A stretch of 64,000 bases of DNA from Squalus acanthias. Lineage: Eukaryota. Shown here in pieces: positions 26,161 through 40,481 of the stretch. The translations under genes were made by a program, and so were the position numbers. The notes beneath the pieces were generated by a model, which saw only the letters and a program-made list of their open reading frames with translations, was not told where the DNA came from and did not search any database. The DNA lies in assembly GCA_030390025.1 (NCBI GenBank), contig CM059425.1:175400001-175464000 (forward strand), in the 5' to 3' direction. Every line of letters begins with the position of its first letter. Within the stretch, counting starts at the first letter, position 1.

Positions 26161-27078
26161 AGGAAGTGAACTTCTATGGTTCAGATTAAAGCATGCTGTT
26201 GAGACCGAGTGTAAGGAGCTTTACTTTCTACCCAGCTAATGCTGAGACTGGCCAGCATAAATAAAACCAATTATATATTAAAAAAAGAAAATAAATCCTA
26301 CGAAAATTCAAAATGCATAATGTAAAAATCATAAGTACCTTTATTGTACTGCAGTATTATTCCTTGCCTAATGGAAACTCCATAAAGAATTGAAAATAGT
26401 TTGCACGTCTCCAGTGTTTAAACCTCTGGACCGGTTGTACTGTAGTATTGTACAGTACAAGTGAAAAATGCTCTTACTGATTTTTTTTCTTTTGTATGAA
26501 TGGTAGGTGAATGGTAGATTTCTAGTTCTTTAAAGCCTGTTCAAATGGCATTGTTTTCATGTAAGTGATAAAACTGCCCATGAGGTGCATCCTGCTTCAT
26601 ATTGGAACTGTGATACAATTTATTAGGGAAAATATGTCATGTTGATTGAAGGAATAAGAAACAGCTGAGAAGCGTTCAGTGTAATGGAAAGAGGAGCAAG
26701 TAAACTAATAAGAATGACTTCACCAGTGGGGTTTAGTTGTACTTTAAATGGGTTAAGCTTTCTTGATTCATAAGTAACACAAATCTTTCTAAGTACAACA
26801 TTTAGAAAATATTAAATTAAGAATCAATTCCTACACATTTGTTTGAATAATGTCAACAAATTTGTTTTTATTTACTATTAACACTTCAAGATTGATTGTC
26901 TCTCTTTTGTATCCTTCCCTATTGCAGCAAGATGTGTAATCAGCCTAGGGTGTGAAAGTGACAAATGCTTATGAGGAAGATGGGCTTTACAGCATAAATC
27001 CAAACTTTACAAAGTGGAATAACAATGGTTTGGTCATATTTACAATTTGTAAATTGTGTTGACTCTTTTTAATTACAG

Positions 27079-27259
27079 TAACTTAGTAGCAGCCTATGAG
27101 AAAGCAAAGAAGAAACATCAAAACAAACTGAAAAAACTGGAAGCACAAATGATGGCCATGGTGGAGAGGCATGAGACACAAGTGAGAATGCTAAAACAGA
27201 GAATCGCGCTGCTCGAGGAAGAAAACTCTAGACCCCAAACAAATGAGACATCACTGTAA
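27079..27259 (+). CDS. MCC: MCC terminal coding exon ending in the class I PDZ-binding motif ETSL
   Basis: ttacag acceptor; NLVAAYEKAKKKHQNKLKKLEAQMMAMVERHETQVRMLKQRIALLEEENSRPQTNETSL-stop. Confidence 0.97.
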
Positions 27260-29332
27260 GAAAATACACTGATGGTGTGGATGCTGTAAATTCATCAGTT
27301 CTGCCACATTGACTTAGAAGACTTAAATATGAGGATAAGAAAAGTGATTTTGGCACCTTTCTTCTGATTAGTGTGAACTTATCCAGTTACCACATGTAAA
27401 GCACCAGCATAACATTATGGGGAAAAAATACTTCGAATAAAAATGACAAGTGGCAATGGACCAAATCTGGGACACCAGTAAATCAGCTCTTAGCTGTGCC
27501 TACAAACATTTTTGAACATTATATTTCCATCTCAAAAGAAATATGCATATTTTAAAATTGTCTAAATATGGCAAATGGACATCTATAACTAGCTTTGCAA
27601 GCAGCTTTGTGTTATCACCACATTGTACCAAATAGGCACATAACTGTACAGCAAGGATTAGAGGGTTTAATAGATGCTGCTGCCAGCTGCTTAAGTTTCA
27701 GTCATTAATGTTCAATTCAAATTCATGAAAATTACAAATATGTTCTGTCAAAAATGTTAAACCATCTTCATCACACAATGAGGCTGTTGTGTTGCAATTA
27801 TCAAGGTTGACATCATGTGAAATAATTCTTCTGGTGAAGACTGGAAATAAGTGTTTCATGTGATATTGATGCAGAACCAGGAACATGGCAAATTAGCTAA
27901 AAAATGCCTCAAATCCCTCTGGGCTACATTTATACTTAATTCATTACCGTTTTATATGGATTTTAATGTACTGCATCTCACCCACAACTTAAAATTAGCT
28001 AGTCCATATTAGCTACCTATAGAATGGACTACCTCGTGGTTAAAAATGGATTATAGAAAAATGATCCTGAATATTTTCCATTACTTTATATTGGACATAA
28101 TTGTGTTTGTTGTTCATAACTCTGTTCAACGAATCATTTTACCAGAATTGAATTTGCCTAGGACACAGCAGATGGCATTGGGTTTGGATATTCATTTTAC
28201 TCTGAACCAAACTAACCCAGGACGTTTGAACACAAAGGCAGATCAGAACTGGCCAAATTGGTTCCATTAGTACAAATACAAGGTTGCTGAAACTTCTGAT
28301 TTAATTTGCTAGCTCCACATATGATGGCTGGTTAACCACACAGATTTAAAAAAAGCCATGGGACTCTTGTTCCTTTAGGAAACTTCTAGTGCACATCCAG
28401 ATGGCCTTTCTTCCCAGCTCTATATCATGTAATTTCCAGACAGCTGTAGTTCCTTTTTCTCCCATTGCGAGAATGGCTCAGTCAAAAGAGAAGCTTCTTT
28501 TCAACCTACACAGAAGAACCTACAATTATTTTAACGGCATTTTGAGGAAATTATCTTCATTTTGCTGTCTAAGGAGATATGGGTGAGGCCTCAGAAATCA
28601 AAACCTGCTACATCCTGACTAGTTCTTGCTTCTGGTACATGGAGTAGGATAAATTGGAGAGAGGGAAACTTTGCCGAGGAAGTTCTGATTGGCAGGGGAA
28701 ATATTTTAGATTTAAAAGTTTTGAATACAAGCAACTTTGTAGGCCACGTATCTCTATTTCTTGGGACATACCAGTATCCTTTTTTGTTTGTTCAGCTCCA
28801 GAGACTGATGTTGCAAAAGATTTTGATGAACCTATTGCACATTTCAGCATTGCCATTTTATTCAGGTTTATATTATCCCCATTAATTGAGAACAAATTCT
28901 TTGTGTCTTGAATCATAGTCACCCATAATTAAAAGTTGTACAAATTTTGAAATGACAGATGAAAATAGCTCTCAGTTGAGTCTTTTTATTTAAACCCAAA
29001 TGCACCCTGGATTGGAATATCTCCTCAATGCAACTTGCCTAATTTAATATCTTTGAGAAACTGCTATCCACTTGCATAATTTCCACCAGTCAGGATATTG
29101 GGAAATTGTTGATGCTTAACACACCTGGCCAGACAGGACAGTCCTCACATTCTGAATTAATTTTCAACACCATGACCCAATCAGGCTGCTCTTGATTTGC
29201 TATTGAACAAGATCTGCTGATCTTCTAGGAGTACCTCCCAAATTATGAAAACTATTCTGCTATTAACTCTGGCTTTTGCTGTAAGAGCCAGTTAGTTCCT
29301 TGGTGAAATTGCCATTCCTCATTTAATAGACT

Positions 29333-29510
29333 AAAGAAAGAACTTGCATTTATATAGTACCTTTCATGACCTTAGGACGTCCCAAAGTGCTTTATAGCCA
29401 ATTTTGAAGTGCAGTCTCTGTTGTAATGCAGGAAACGCAGCAGCCAATTTATGCACAGCAAGGTACCACAAACAGCAATTAAATAAATGACCAGATCATC
29501 TGTTTCAGGT
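29333..29510 (-). mobile_element. DeuSINE (SacSINE1-like) 3' fragment in the putative 3' UTR
   Basis: Matches the SINE tail at 40665-40850 (CTTGCATTTATATAG...CAGCCAATTTATGCACAGCAAG...CCAGAT). Confidence 0.75.
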
Positions 29511-31383
29511 GCTCTATATTGGATAAATAGACCAGAATAATCCTTTGCCTTTCCTTTTTTTTTAGTTTTCCATTGTTTTGGAGGTTAAGTGCCTTTTTGT
29601 GTCAAACACCCCAAGATGGAAACGGAATTATGTAAATTTAAAAATAGCTTTGGCATGGAACAGTTCATAAAGCCCTCTACCATGAGACTAACATTTTGAA
29701 CTTCTCTACAAACAAAATTCAGTCAAAGATGACACTAATGCATCACTCAGTTGGGACAGGTTATTAGATGAGTGGCCACTGTCTAGCACAGAGGCCTGCT
29801 GAAAAAGATATACCTGTGGCAAATTAGTGCTTATATCTGTTTTTGACCTCAAGGCAAACTGGTGCTCCCACCTTTTAATGAGGTACAGTTTGGAAAAGGT
29901 TAACCAGAGCAATAATAGTTGAAGTCTAATTTTAAACTCACATTTAAGTATAGTAATCATTTATTAAAAATTAAGATATACTCCCCATACCCTATTTTCT
30001 CTCTACCAATCTCGAGTTTCTTTATTTTCACTTGAGAGGAATAAAGTTCTGAATATGTGTCATCTGTCCTGTCTTAGAATTAAACATGCATTTGCACATA
30101 AATTTGGGGCAATCTTGCAATCACTAAGAAAAGTGGGACTTTGTTGGTCTCATTGAGGAACCTTACAATAGATATCTCTTGTAGTCAAAAGAATTGTCGC
30201 TTGCTGGATGGTGCAGGATGGAAATATTGGGTTGTCCTGGCCCAAAGGGTTACTTATTAGAGGTGTTCTTCCTAATTGGTTTACCTAAACTACCTATGGT
30301 ATGTGGAATACACTTTATTTGAAAAATCACTTAAAGGTGAATACATGTAACCACTTTTCTCAGTTCTGATTTCAATTTAATAATTGTCCAATATGTTTCA
30401 ATGTGTTTGAAAATCATGTTTCTTCCAGGAAAGTATTTAAAATAATTTGTAAATTGCTGCAAAAGAAAGTTCGTTTTATTTATAGTTTAAAAGTAGAATA
30501 TGTGAGTTAACAGAACAGGAAATTATTTATCTCATTTAACTTCGTTCCAGTTACATGTATTATAGAAGACAGGAGCTGCTGGCCACAGTATAATGTAGAT
30601 ATTCATAGTGCCACTGGAGAGGGCATATCCTTTCCTTTGATGGCATGAAATGGGATGGAGGGCTGTGAACACCAAAGTGAATCCCATCTCTGTTATGAAT
30701 TAAATGTGTGGCTACAGTCCTTTATCATGCTTCATTGGAGTGGCATTTCAAAACCAACCATCTGTTCCCAGTCTACCTCTGATCAGAATTTGAAATCATG
30801 AAACAAGAGAAAAGGAGGACTGAAAGGCACTAGTAAGTTTATATGCATTTCCCTTCTTATTTATTATGCATTTAGGATTATGTAAATTCAGTAGAATACC
30901 ATTTCCTTTTGTATAACATTGTGTTGTAAAATTTGAAGGGTTTCTTTTTTGGGGGAAAGAATTCTGAATTTGGAGCTAGACAGATGGACAGAGAACAGGA
31001 GGAATGTCACAAGCCAGGATGTCAAATATATGACTGCACTAATGGCTTAACTTCTATAGTTAAATTAATATGTACAGCTGTTTTATAACGAGATATTGTG
31101 ATTGCATTTACCTGCAAAATGTCCAAATGGCTGGCACCTACACCATATTAGTTTGTTCCAGTTCTGTTGGAGAGAATTTGAGCACCTCATCTTTGAGGGT
31201 TGTGATGATTTTTATATATCCTCTTATTGTATTTAAGTTTATAACTGCTTTTTTTTTTAGTTTTCCTAGTTGCTATACAATGTAAAACCGTTTGATTTTA
31301 TAGAATTGTACAAACTCTGCATTTATTTATATGAAGAGACATTTATAATACTTCTATTATTTTCCAAAAGACCTTGTATCTAG

Positions 31384-31389
31384 AATAAA
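31384..31389 (+). promoter_or_regulatory. Candidate MCC polyadenylation signal
   Basis: AATAAA with U-rich upstream sequence, CA ~13 nt downstream and a G/T-rich element after it. Confidence 0.55.
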
Positions 31390-31477
31390 TACTTTTATTG
31401 ACAACTTGTAGTGTTAATGCTTTAGCAACATTTTGAGACTCGTATATACCTGTTAAAAATCTTTACTTGATCACCTG

Positions 31478-34400
31478 TGGGTAAGGTAGCATACGGGTTA
31501 TATTACTGGACTAGTAATCCAGAGGCCTGGACTAATAATCTGGATTAAGTGAGTTTAAATTCCACCAAGGCAGTTTGTAAATTTGAATTCAGTTAATTAA
31601 ATACATCTGGAATAAAAAATAGTGCTAGTATTAGTAATGGTGACCATGAAGCTATTGGATTTTTGTAAAAACTCAGCTGGTTCACAAATGTCCTTTTTAG
31701 GGAAGAAAACCTACCGTCCTTACCCAGTCTGGCTCCCGGCGAGAGCCAGCAGAGGTGGTGGCACAGTGGTATACAGTCGGGAAGGAGTGGCCCTGGGAAT
31801 CCTTAATATTGACCCCATGAAATCTCATGGCATCAGCTCAAATTTGGGCAAGGAAACTTCTTGCTGATTACCACCTACCGTCCTCCTTCAGCTGATGAAA
31901 CAGTCGTCCATGTTGAACACTACTTGGAAGGGCACAGAATGTACTCTGGGGGACTTCAATGTCTATCACCAAGAGAGGCGCGGGAGCACGACTACTGAGT
32001 CCTAAAGGACATAGTTGCCAGACTGGGCTTGCGTGGTGGTGGTGAGAGAACCAACACGAGGGGAAAAACCTACTTGACCTCGTCCTCACCAATCTACCTG
32101 TCCGTGACAGTATTGGTAGGAGTGACTACCGCACAGTCCTTGAGATGAAGTCCCGTCTTCACATTGAGGATACCCTCCATCGTGTTGTGTGGCACTACAA
32201 CCGTGCTAAACTATTCAGATTCAGAACAAGTCTAGCAGCAGCAGAATTATAAGAAATAGGAGCAGGAGTAGGCCATTTGGCCCTTCGAGCCTGCTCCGCC
32301 ATTCAATAAGATCATGGCTGATCATCTACCTCATCTCCACTTTCCTGCACTATCCCCATATCCCTTGATACCCTTAATATTCAAAAATCTATCGATCTTT
32401 GCCTTGAATATACTCAACGACTGAGCCTCCACAGCCCTCTGAGGGTAGAGAATTCCAAAGATTCACCACCATCTGAGTGAAGAAATTTCTCCTCATCTCA
32501 GTCCTAAATGGCCGACCCCTTATTCTGAGACTGTGACCCCTGGTTCTAGACTCCCCAGCCCTGGGCTACATCCTCCCTGCATCTACCCTGTCAAGCCCTG
32601 TAAGAATTTTGTATGTTTCAATGAGATCACACCTCATTCTTCTAAACTCTATATAGGCCTAGTCTACTCAATAATGTTGGTCAAAACATCATGACCGGGG
32701 ACAGGGGTGGGTTAGGGATGGGACACCACCTTCATCCTTGCCCTAGACAATCCCCAATCCCAGGAATCAATCTGGTGAACCTTCGTTGCACTCCATCTAT
32801 GGCAAGTATATCTTTCCTTAGGTAAAGAGACCAAAACTGTACACAGTAGTGCAGGTGTGGTCTCATCAAAGCCCTATATAATTGCAGTAAGATGTCTTTT
32901 CCAATATACTCCAATCTTTTTGTAATAAAGGCCAACATACCATTTGCTTTCCTAATTGCTAACTGTTTTTGTATTCCACCTCATGACACTGCATATCCCT
33001 CACTCTACCAACCCTGGTTCAATGAGGAGTGTGGAAGAGCATGCTAGGAACATCACCAGATGTACCTGAAAATGAGGTGCCAACCTGGTGAAGCTACAAC
33101 ACATGCATGATAGCAGTGACAGAACGAAGTGATCCCACAACCAATGGATCAGATCAAAGCTCTACAGTCCTGCCATTTCCAGTTGTGAATGGTAGTGGAC
33201 AATTAAACAACTAACTGGAGGAGGAGGAGGCGGCTCCATGAACAGCCCCATCCTCAATGATGGCGGAGCCCAGCACGTGAGTGCAAAAGACAAAGCTGAA
33301 GCGTTCACAACCATCTTCAGCCAAAAGTACCTGAGTGGATGATCCATCTTTGCCTCCTCCTGAGGTCCCCACCATCACAGATGCCAGTCCTCAGCCAAAT
33401 CGATTCACTCGATGTGATATCAAGAAATGACTTGGTGCACTATGCAGCAAAGGCCCTGACAACAGCTCAACTAGTGCTGAAGACTTGTGCTCCAGAACTA
33501 GCTGCACTTCCAGCCAAACTGTTTCAGTACAGCTACATCTACCCGACAAATTGGAAAATTGCCCAGGTATGTCCTGTCCACAAAAAGCAGGACAAATGCT
33601 GTAAATACTTTGTAATACATTGTAAATCCAATCCAGCAAATTACCGCTCCATCAGCCTACTCTGAATCATTAGCAAAGTGATGGAAAGTGTCGTTGACAG
33701 TGCTATCGAACTGCACTTACTCACCAATAATCTGCTCACCGATGCTCAGTTTGGATTCCGCCAGGACCACTTGGCTCCAGACCTTATTACAGCTTTGGTC
33801 CAAACATGGACAAAAGAGTTGAATTCCAGAGGTGAGGGTGACTGCCCCTGACATCAAGGCAGCATTTAGCAGAGTCTGGCACCAAGGAGCCCTAGAAAAA
33901 TGGAATTCAATGGGGATCAGGGGGAAAACTCGCCACTGGTTGTATTCATACCTAGCGTAAAGGAAGATGAATGCAGATGTTGGAGGCCAATCATCTCAGC
34001 CCCAGGACACTGCTGTAGGAGTTCCTCAAGGCAGTGTCCTAGGCTCAAACATCTTCAGCTGCTTCATCAATGACCTCCCCTCCATCATAAGGTCAGAAGT
34101 GGGGATGTCTGCTGATGATTGCACAGTGTTCAATTACATTCGCAATTCCTCAGATAATGAAGCAGTCCATGCCCATGTGCAACATGGCTGATAAATGACA
34201 AGCAAAATTTAACGAGAGGGGGAGTCTAACCACCTCCCCATGACATTCAGTGCCATTACCATCGTTGAATTCCCCACCATCAAAATCCTGGGGATGACCA
34301 TTGACCAGAAACTTAACTGGACCAGCCATATAAATACTATGGCTTCAAGAGCAGGTCAGAGGCTTTGTATTCTGCAGTGAGTGCCTAAATTCCTGACTCC

Positions 34401-34695
34401 CTAAAGCCTTTCCGCCACCTACAAGGCACAAGTCAAGAGTACGATTGAATAGTCTCCACTTGCATGGATGAGTGCAGCTCCAACAACACTCAAGAAGCTT
34501 GACTCCATCCAGGACAAAGCAGCCCGCTTGATCGGCACCCCATCCACCACCGGCGCACTGTGACTGCTGTGTGTACTGTCTACAATATGCACTGCAGCAA
34601 CTTGCCAAGGCTTCTTCGCCAGCACCTCCCAAACTTGCGACCTCTATCACCGAGAAGGACAAGGGCAGCAGGTGCATGGAAACATCACCACTATG
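31478..34695 (+). mobile_element. Second tRNA-headed CR1-clade LINE, with a minus-strand CR1 inserted at ~32245-32965
   Basis: Same head as 24235 (A box 31487-31497, B box ~31551-31563), then RGGGTVVYSREGVALG endonuclease, NPANYRSISLL and [11 protein letters not shown] remnants. Confidence 0.85.
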
Positions 34696-35199
34696 TAGTT
34701 AAATATTAAGGGGGATTCCATTGTCCGGCGTTCCCAGTGAAGAGCAACACTCACAAGGAGCGCATCTGGGGAATTCACAGAATCCATCCTCGTATCTATT
34801 CTTGCCATGGGAAGAAATATTTTGTACACATTACCTAGCTAAAAATAATCAATGTGGTTGTACCATGATTATGATAATTCATTGTTTAAGGATTAATAGT
34901 ATGTATGAGTGGGAAGGATAATATAATATTATTTGTTCTGACATCAGCAGGCTTCAATAGTATTTTCCTGGGGAAAAAATTGGGTAAAGGAGACATTATC
35001 CTCGACATATGTAACAGTTTTACTGTACTTACCTATTTCCATTAAATTTGGTTTTTAAAACGATAGAAAATAAGACAGCATACAAATACTGAGAAAAATA
35101 TCTGGATGTGACATATGTGACTGCACTGTAATGGTACAAAATTAATGACATCAAATGCATTAGTTGAGAATCAATCCAATTGTTCTCAGTAGATGACTG

Positions 35200-35810
35200 G
35201 TACAGATTTGAAGCATGCAGGCTCGGAGCATGCAGGCAAGTCCAAGGAATCACTGAATCAACATCACCCTGTGGGCTCTTCACACAAACCTGCTGCTTTA
35301 GTAAATCAGAAGGGCTTCCATTCTATTAATGTGCAACTGGTATGTGATTACCAGCATAGCATCATGCAGGTTTGTGCCCACTTTGCTGGTAGCTGCTGTG
35401 ACGCAGTCATCTTGCATCCCCTAACTTTTAGCCCCTATACAGCAAGTGAGAGGCTGGGGACAAGGGCTATCCTCTAAACACTGGGCACATGACTCCTCTC
35501 GGTAGCCAAACTGCACTACAACCAGTTTGATAGGCTAACTATGCTCGATCCACGGCTCAATTAGGACCGTTATTGAGCAGGCCATTGCAGTCCTCAAGCA
35601 ACTACTCAACTGTTTAGACAGGTCTGGTGTGTTCTACTACAGCTCAAAGTGTGTCCCATATAAGTTTGTTGTCTGCTGCATAACTTTGACCTGCAACTGG
35701 GGCAACATATTGAATCACCATTGGACGAGGACCTTCAGAGAGACGAGGGATACAACATAAAAAATGATACGGAGAATGGTGAAGGAACGAAAGGGCTCCA
35801 ACACCTACCT
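35200..35810 (+). pseudogene. Old Harbinger transposase remnant
   Basis: ORF 35193..35477 NQKGFHSINVQLVCD...AHFAGSCCDAVIL; GDKGYPL-like and IEQAI..LK remnants downstream. Confidence 0.75.
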
Positions 35811-36330
35811 ACTAAAAGAAATGATGTGGAGATGCCGGTGTTGGACTGGGGTGGTCACGGAGTGCAGATTTGGAACAGAGTGCTAAGCTGCGAGTTTGGT
35901 GAGTGAGGGAGTTTGGGGAGGGAGGCGTGCCTTCCTTTTTCCATCTTTGTCAGCTTCCTGGTGCGGCGGCGGACCTGCGTGAGGCGAGGCGGCGGCAGAG
36001 GGTTTAAAAGGCTCCAGAGACCAGGTAAGGCGGGACCAGTCTCCGAACTCAGAGGGAGGGAGAGAGGTAAAAATAATCAAGGTGTGACATCAACAGAAAG
36101 CAGGTAAGTAATTGGTTGGTGAGTATTTCTCTCTTTTTAAACTTAAACTCTGTGGGTTGTAGTTAATAAGGCCTTTCTGGTGCAGAGTGACTGTTGGTAA
36201 ACCATTTAACTGGTGTAATTTAGAGGGATTGATTTAATTTAAATCCAATTAATTAGAGGGGATACTAGCATCTATAATCGGGCAGAGAGTGTCCATAACT
36301 AACAATAAAAAATTTAATTAATTACATAGA

Positions 36331-37286
36331 ATGGAGCAGGTGATGTGTTACTGTTGCGAGATGTGGGAGCCGGTGGACCCCATTGAGGCTCACGGTGATT
36401 ACATCTGTGACAAGTGTCTGCTGCTACAGGAACTACAGCTCCGTATTGATGAGCTGGAGTCTGAGCTTCAGACACTGCGACACATCAGGGTGGGGGAGAA
36501 GTACCTGGACTTTGTGTTTCAGGAGGTGGTCACACCTCTATGAAGTTAATTAATTCAGATGTAGCCCATGGTCAGGGACAGGACGGTGTGACTACGAGTG
36601 AGGCAGGTACGGGGATCCAGGAGGTAGTGTTGGAGGAGCCCCAGCCCTTGCTCTTGTCCAACAGGTTCGAGGTTCTTGCTCCCTGTGGGGACGGGAGCAG
36701 GGACTGCAGGGAGGATGAGCAACCTGGCCACAGCACCGTGGAACGGGGGGCCATTCAAGAGGGGGGAGTAAATAGAAATGTTGTAGTGGTAGGGGATAGT
36801 ATTATTAGGGGGATAGATAGAGTTCTCTGCAGCCGAGAGCGAGAGTCCCGTAGGCTGTGTTGCCTGCCCGGTGCCAGGGTTAAGGACATCTCCTCTGGGC
36901 TGGAAAGAAACTTGCAGTGGGAGGGGGTGGATCCAGTTGTCGTGGTCCATGTTGGTACAAACGACGTAGATAGGACAAGGAAGCAGGTTCTGTTAAAGGA
37001 GTATGAGCAGCTAGGGGTCAAATTAAAAAACCGAACCTCAAGGGTATTAATCTCTGGATTATTACCTGAGCCACGAGCGAATTTGGCTAGGACAAATAAA
37101 ATTAGAGAGTTAAATGAGTGGCTCAAAGACTGGTGTGGGAGAAATGGGTTTTGCTTCCTGGGACACTGGCACCAGTACTGGGGCAGGAGGGAGCTGTTCC
37201 GTTGGGACGGGCTTCACTTGGCCAGTGCTGGGACTAGAGTCCTGGCGGATCATATAGCTAGGGCTGTAGAGAGGGCTTTAAACTAA
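36331..37286 (+). pseudogene. CR1 ORF1: zinc finger/leucine zipper plus SGNH esterase
   Basis: CYCC...CDKC and LQELQLRIDELESELQTL; GDSIIRG, HVGTND and DGLHL esterase blocks; one frameshift near 36540. Confidence 0.9.
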
Positions 37287-37324
37287 CTAGTGGGGGGGAG
37301 GTTCCTCGAGAGCAAATAATAAAA

Positions 37325-40250
37325 ATGACAACAGAGAAGGTCATAGACTTAGGTAGCAGTGGGGAAATTAAAAACCAGAGTGTGTCAGGAAGGGGCAGAA
37401 GGTATGGAGTAAAAGGTAAAGTAATAAAAAGGGCAAAAGCAGGAACTAAGTGTCACAAAACATATTTGAAAGTTCTCTATCTGAATGCACGTAGCATTCG
37501 TAACAAAATAGACGAGTTAATGGCACAAATAACTACTTATGGGTATGATCATGTGGCCATTACAGAAACATGGCTGCAGGGTGACAATGCCTGGGAATTA
37601 AACATACCAGGTTATTTAACGATCAGGAAGGGCAGGCAGGAAGGAAGGGGAGGTGGGGTGGCTATGTTAATAAAGGAAGGAATCACTATAATACAGAGAA
37701 ATTATATTGGGTCAAAAGATCAGGATAATGAAACAGTTTGGGTGGAGATAAGGAATAATAAGGGGAAAAAAACACTAGTGGGCGTAGTCTATAGGCTTCC
37801 GAACAGTTGCAACTCTGTTGGACGGAGTATCAATCAGGAAATAGTTGAGGTTTGTAACAATTATGGGGGATTTTAACTATCATATTAATTGGACAAATCA
37901 AATTGGGCAGGGCTGCCTTGAGGATGAGTTAATTGAGTGTGTTAGGGATGGGTTTCTTGAGCAGTATGTAACTGAACCGACCAGGGGGCAAGCAACCTTA
38001 GATCTGGTCCTGTGTAACGAGACAGGATTAATTAAAAATGTCCTAGTAAAGGATCCCCTTGGAATGAGTGACCATAACATGGTTGAATTCCGTATTCAAT
38101 TAGAGGGTGAGAAGGTTGGATCTCAAACAAGCGTGCTAAGCTTGAATAAAGGAGACTATGAAGGTATGCGAGCGGAATTGAGTAGAGTGGATTGGGAAAA
38201 TAGATTAAAGGGTAAGACGATACATGATCAGTGGTGTACATTTAAGGAGTTATTTTACAACTTCCAAAAAATATATATTCCACTGAGAAGAAAAGGGTGT
38301 AAAAGAAAAGACAGTCATCTGTGGCTAAGTAAAGAAATTAAGGATAGTATTCGACTAAAAACAAGGGATTATAAGGTAGCCAAATCTAGTGGGAGGATAG
38401 AGGATTGGGAAAACTATAAAAGACAGCAAAAAATAACAAAAAAGGTTGATTAAGAAAGGAAAGATAGATTATGAAAGTAAATTAGCAAAAAATATAAAAA
38501 CAGATAGTAAGAGTTTTTATAGTTATATAAAAAGAAAAAGGGTGGCTAAAGTAAATGTTGGTCCCTTAAAGGATGAGACCGGGAAATTAATGGTGGGAAA
38601 TATGGAGATGGCAAATACACTGAATATTTTGTATCAGTCTTTACAGTAGAGGACACTAAGAATATCCCAACACTGGACAAACAGGGGGTTATGGGGGGGA
38701 GGAGCTGAACACGATCAAAATCACTAAGGAAGTGGTACTCGGTAAAATAATGGGACTCAAGGTGGATAAATCACCTGGACCTGATGGCTTACATCCTAGG
38801 GTCTTGAGGGAAGTGGCGGTAGGGATTGTGGATGCATTGGTAATTTTCCAAAACTCCCTGGACTCAGCAAAGATCCCGGCAGACTGGAAAACTGCTAATG
38901 TAACACCCTTATTTAAAAAGGGCAGTAGACAGAAGGCTGGAAACTATAGACCGGTTAGCCTAACATCTGTGGTAGGTAAAATTTTGGAGTCCATTATTAA
39001 GGAGACAGTAATGGGACATTTGGATAATAATTTAATAGGACAAAGTCAGCATGGTTTTATGAAGGGGAAGTCATGTTTGACAAATTTGCTGGAGTTCTTT
39101 GAGGAAGTAACATACAGGGTGGATAAAGGGGAACCAGTGGATGTGGTGTATTTAGACTTCCAAAAGGCATTTGACAAGGTGCCACACAAGATTATTGCTT
39201 AAGATAAAAAATCACGGGATTGGGGGTAATATTCTGGCATGGATAGAGGATTGGCTATCTAACAGAAGGCAGAGAGTTGGGATAAATGGTTCATTCTCAG
39301 ACTGGCAATCAGTAACTAGTGGTGTTCCGCAGGGGTCAGTGCTGGGTCCCCAACTCTTTACAATCTATATTAACGATTTGGAGGAGGGGACCGAGTGTAA
39401 CATATCAAAGTTTGCAGATGATACTAAGATGGGAGGGAAAGTAGTGAGTGAGGAGGACATAAAAAATCTGCAAGGGAACATAGACAGGCTAAGTAAGTGG
39501 GCAGAGATTTGGCAGATGGAATACAATACTGGAAAGTGTGAGGTTATGCACTTTGGCAGGAAAAATAGTAGAGCAAGTTATTATCTTAATGGCAAGAAAC
39601 TGTAAAGTACTGAAGTACAAAGGGATCTGGGGGTCCTGATGCACGAAACTCAAAAGGTTAGTATGCAGGTGCAGCAAGTGATTAAGAAGGCCAATGGAAT
39701 GTTGGCTTTCATTGCTAGGGGGATAGAATGTAAAAATAGGGAGGTATTGCTTCAGTTGTACAAGGTATTGGTGAGACCGCACCTGGAATACTGCATACAG
39801 TTTTGGTGTCCATACTTAAGAAAAGACATACTTGGTCTCGAGGCGGTACAAAGAAGGTTCACTCGGTTAATCCCGGGGATGAGGGGGTGGACATATGAGG
39901 AGAGGTTGAGTAGATTGGGACTCTACTCATTGGAGTTCAGAAGAATGAGAGGCGATCTTATTGAAACATATAAGATTGTGAAGGGGTTGGATCGGGTGGA
40001 TGCGGGGAGGATGTTCCCGATGATGGGTGAAACTAGAACTAGGGGGCATAGTCTTAGAATAAGGGGCTGCTCTTTCAAAACTGAGATGAGAAGGAACTAC
40101 TTCACTCAGAGGGTAGTAGGTCCATGGAATATGCTGCCCCAAAAAGCTGTAGAAGCTACATCATTACATAAATTTAAAACAGAAATGGACAGTTTCCTAG
40201 AAGTAAAGGGAATTAAGGGTTACGGGGAGCGGGCAGGAATTTGGACATGA
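37325..40250 (+). pseudogene. CR1 ORF2: APE endonuclease plus reverse transcriptase
   Basis: [48 protein letters not shown]; several frameshifts and a stop. Confidence 0.95.
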
Positions 40251-40481
40251 GTCTAGGTTCGGATCGGTCATGGCCCTGCGGGTAGCGTAGCGGGCCATGG
40301 GGCCGTGTAGCCTGATCCTGCTCCTATTTCGTGTGTCCAATTCTGTTAGGTTGAGGAGATGGTTCTGTGATAGTAGATTGGCGGTTAGGATGAGATCAGC
40401 CATGATCTTATTGAATGGCGGAGCAGGCTCGAGGGGCCAATTGGCCTACTCCTGCTCCTATTTCTTATGTTCTTATGTTCT

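Larger units (their letters stand above)
27260..31405 (+). other. MCC: Putative long MCC 3' UTR
   Basis: AT-rich and nearly free of transposons from the stop codon to an AATAAA at 31384-31389; repeats resume ~70 bp after the proposed end; the end is inferred. Confidence 0.6.

Noticed and set aside
27698..31285. Short ORFs after the MCC stop
   Set aside because: No recognisable motifs or exon structure; consistent with chance ORFs in AT-rich UTR
36540..37286. Cellular SGNH lipase/esterase gene
   Set aside because: It is the standard CR1 ORF1 esterase, between the zinc finger and ORF2
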